NCBI GenBank assembly: GCA_041288045.1
Contig: JBGGMM010000234.1
Coordinates: 1-35,224 of the forward strand
Origin: Pseudobdellovibrionaceae bacterium
GTDB taxonomy: Bacteria; Bdellovibrionota; Bdellovibrionia; Bdellovibrionales; Bdellovibrionaceae
Direction of reading: 5' to 3'
DNA: 35,224 bases
Shown in pieces: positions 33,071 through 35,224 of this stretch. Under the pieces are notes generated by a model. The model was not told the DNA's origin. It saw only the letters and a program-made list of their open reading frames with translations, and searched no databases. Position numbers and translations under genes: made by a program. Positions within the stretch are counted from its first letter, which is position 1, and each line of letters opens with the position of its first letter.

Positions 33071-34300
33071 ATGGTTCTCGAGTTTTTCCGAAAATACCTT
33101 TTTTCAGCCAGGGCCGGTGCCCTGGTCAAAAAAATTTCCTGGCTCACTGTGATTGGCCTGACGATTTCTGTGTCGTCGCTGATTCTCGTGATTTCAGTGA
33201 TGACAGCTCTGAATCGCAACATCCAGGCAAGAACCTTGGCAGTGGAGCCGCATCTGACAATTGAAATCCCCGAAGTCAGATCAGCTTCGCTTCTGGATCT
33301 GCACCCACTGACGACGAAGCTGAAAAACAATCCGGACCTCAAAATTCAAGTTTACGAAAACCAAGATGTGATCTTAAGAACCTTGGACGGCCATTTCCGC
33401 GGCGCTATTGCAAGAGGCCTCTCGCAAGACAGCCTCAATCGCATGATCACGGAAATGCAAAAGCTCGATCAAAAAAAACGAGGCCAACCCCTGAGCATCG
33501 AAGTTCTCGCACCCGGTGAAGTTCTGATGGGAGTCGATTTGGCAGTGAGCCTTGGGGTTTTCGAAGGTGACTCGATCATGGTGGTCCCACCAGAAAGCCT
33601 GCTTTTACCGCCAGGAGAAATGCCAAAACTAGAAAAAGTAAAAGTAAAACGAATCATCTCCACAAGCCTAGCCGACGTGGATTCGCAAAACATCTTCTAC
33701 ATCCGCGATCACAGCCTAAGACGACTGAAAGACTCACAAAGCCGCCTCGTCGGAATCGAAGTCTGGACCCCCGACGCGAATCACGCCGAAGACTACAGAG
33801 ACGAAGTCAAAGCCTTCCCCGAAGCCCGAGTCCAAACCTGGAAAGAAAGAAACTCAGCCTTGTTCTTTGCTCTGAGACTGGAAAAAATCGTCATCACACT
33901 TTTTCTCAGCATGGCCGCCCTGATCGCCAGCTTCTCCATGATCTCAGTCCTGGTTCTCTTAATCTCACAAAAAAGAAGAGAAATCGGCCTCCTCCAAGCC
34001 ATCGGTTTTTCCATTCGAAAAGTGCAACAGCTTTTCATGCAAATCGGACTGTGCCTTGGAGGGTTAGGATTGGTCGCAGGTCTGATCCTGGGCTCACTAC
34101 TGAGCTTCTGGCTCGAGAAATACCCACTCAATGTGCTTCCTGATATTTACTATGATTCGGAAATTCCCGCTTACTTGGATATGCAATTCGTTCTGATCGT
34201 TTTCCTTCTCGGAGCCTGGATCGCAGTGGTCGGAAGCTACTACAGCTCTCGCGGAGCTGCGCGTGTGCTTCCGAGCGAAGCTTTGCGAGCGAAGAACTGA
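33071..34300 (+). CDS. LolC/LolE (FtsX/MacB-type) ABC permease
   Basis: LILVISVM, TWKERNSALFFALRLEK, KRREIGLLQAIG, PDIYY...IP and AARVLPSEALR. Confidence 0.9.
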   Translation: MVLEFFRKYLFSARAGALVKKISWLTVIGLTISVSSLILVISVMTALNRNIQARTLAVEPHLTIEIPEVRSASLLDLHPLTTKLKNNPDLKIQVYENQDVILRTLDGHFRGAIARGLSQDSLNRMITEMQKLDQKKRGQPLSIEVLAPGEVLMGVDLAVSLGVFEGDSIMVVPPESLLLPPGEMPKLEKVKVKRIISTSLADVDSQNIFYIRDHSLRRLKDSQSRLVGIEVWTPDANHAEDYRDEVKAFPEARVQTWKERNSALFFALRLEKIVITLFLSMAALIASFSMISVLVLLISQKRREIGLLQAIGFSIRKVQQLFMQIGLCLGGLGLVAGLILGSLLSFWLEKYPLNVLPDIYYDSEIPAYLDMQFVLIVFLLGAWIAVVGSYYSSRGAARVLPSEALRAKN

Positions 34301-34320
34301 TTTTTGCGCTCGCATTTCTT
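34284..34320 (+). terminator. Probable terminator at the end of the operon
   Basis: TGCGAGCG / CGCTCGCA stem spanning the stop codon, followed by TTTCTT. Confidence 0.55.
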
Positions 34321-34366
34321 AAGCTTTTTTGATTACGACAGCGGTCAGATAATTAGTGGTTTGTAA

Positions 34367-34837
34367 TCACTTCTTAGTAAGACTGTATTTTTCCGATTCT
34401 AAGATTGCGCCCTTTTTCCAAACAATCTCAAGGTCAAAGTTTTTATTATCTATAATTTTGTATATAATCTTTTTAACATGCGGAGAGGATTCATCTTTTA
34501 CATTCGTGATATCAAAAGTTTCAAATTCAATTAAATTTGACAAGGTATTGGGTTTTAGTTTCAAGCGTGGTTGATTACCTATATTGCAAAAGTGGGTCAT
34601 CAGTAGATCGTCTCCATCTATATAGAAAACAGACAACTCCTTGCCGAATTGTTCAGTAACAATCGAATTTTTTGAACCTTCATCATAAGTCATTTCTACA
34701 GGTATAGGCTTTCCCTCAAATTGAATGGCCCATTTTCCTTTTAAGGCTTTAAGAAAATCAAATGATGAACTCGCGCTTCCACTTGCAAATGAAGTACACT
34801 GAAATAAAATAATAGAAGCCACTATAAATTTGCTCAT
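34367..34837 (-). CDS. Secreted hypothetical protein (THxC..GNQPR type), low GC
   Basis: GGAG RBS before ATG 34837; signal peptide ..CTSFA; LKGKW and DGDDLLMTHFCNIGNQPRL; about 31% GC over 34441-34680 by hand count. Confidence 0.75.
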   Translation of the reverse strand: MSKFIVASIILFQCTSFASGSASSSFDFLKALKGKWAIQFEGKPIPVEMTYDEGSKNSIVTEQFGKELSVFYIDGDDLLMTHFCNIGNQPRLKLKPNTLSNLIEFETFDITNVKDESSPHVKKIIYKIIDNKNFDLEIVWKKGAILESEKYSLTKK

Positions 34838-34983
34838 CCTTATCTCCATATCGAAAAATGATAGTTAGCCTTATTGCCACTGTCCGTAAGAGAAATCTAT
34901 TTCGCTCGAAGTATGGCCGCAAAAGCTGGCCCATATTCATTCCTTATCCTCATTTCTTCTGAAGCTCAGACCTGGTCATAGGC

Positions 34984-35223
34984 TTATGGCCCAAGCTCTG
35001 GCAGATAATTTTTCATTTTCTTAATTCCAAACTGCTGAACAGCTCGAAGCCTGTTATGAGCCGGACACAAGAGCTCCAGATTTTTAAGCTCATGGGTTCC
35101 ACCTTTGGCAAAAGGAACAATGTGCTCAGCTTGAAGATAAAACTGAGCCTCACACTGCCTCTTAGTTTCAGGATCTTGATACTGACATTGATGCTGATCT
35201 CTTATTTTGAGTTCTCTAATTGT
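34984..35223 (-). CDS. HNH endonuclease, 3' part only (runs off the window; absent from the ORF track)
   Basis: Manual translation: TIRELKIRDQHQCQYQDPETKRQCEAQFYLQAEHIVPFAKGGTHELKNLELLCPAHNRLRAVQQFGIKKMKNYLPELGP*. Confidence 0.88.
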   Translation of the reverse strand, partial: TIRELKIRDQHQCQYQDPETKRQCEAQFYLQAEHIVPFAKGGTHELKNLELLCPAHNRLRAVQQFGIKKMKNYLPELGP

Positions 35224-35224
35224 C

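Overview
Chromosomal window of a Gram-negative bacterium with moderate GC. The gene families (Y1 transposase, HNH protein, RsbRD_N-type kinase, many secreted hydrolases) suggest Bdellovibrionota; this is an inference. Left to right: a histidine kinase broken by an in-frame stop in a poly-A run, acnA, a DUF962 gene, three secreted hypotheticals, arfB, a GC-rich REP-like structured segment beside an IS200/RAYT-type HUH transposase, a DUF4382 lipoprotein with a 24x12-bp repeat, yihY and a TPR protein. Next is a complete trehalose cycle locus: ROK kinase, marR, otsB and a membrane-sensor-fused otsA, divergent from a GH15 hydrolase across a perfect 36-bp palindrome. Then PAP2, Bcp, a PHB-depolymerase-like esterase, an HPF-like gene with a possible leader peptide, a Fet4-like permease, a secreted deiminase-like protein, a 2xCBM32-GH88/105 hydrolase, a GNAT, higBA, a four-helix-bundle gene and tRNA-Ala(GGC). 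The right end carries OMP-ridA-ydcF, an MlaE/MlaF/MlaD plus LolC/E-like operon whose ATPase has every catalytic motif altered, a low-GC gene, and the 3' end of an HNH endonuclease missing from the ORF track. Strongest candidates for new biology: (1) the receptor-like trehalose-6-phosphate synthase locus, (2) strand-asymmetric synonymous codon patches beside three mobile-element-like sites, (3) the MCE transporter with a pseudo-ATPase. All counts are by hand and no database searches were run.
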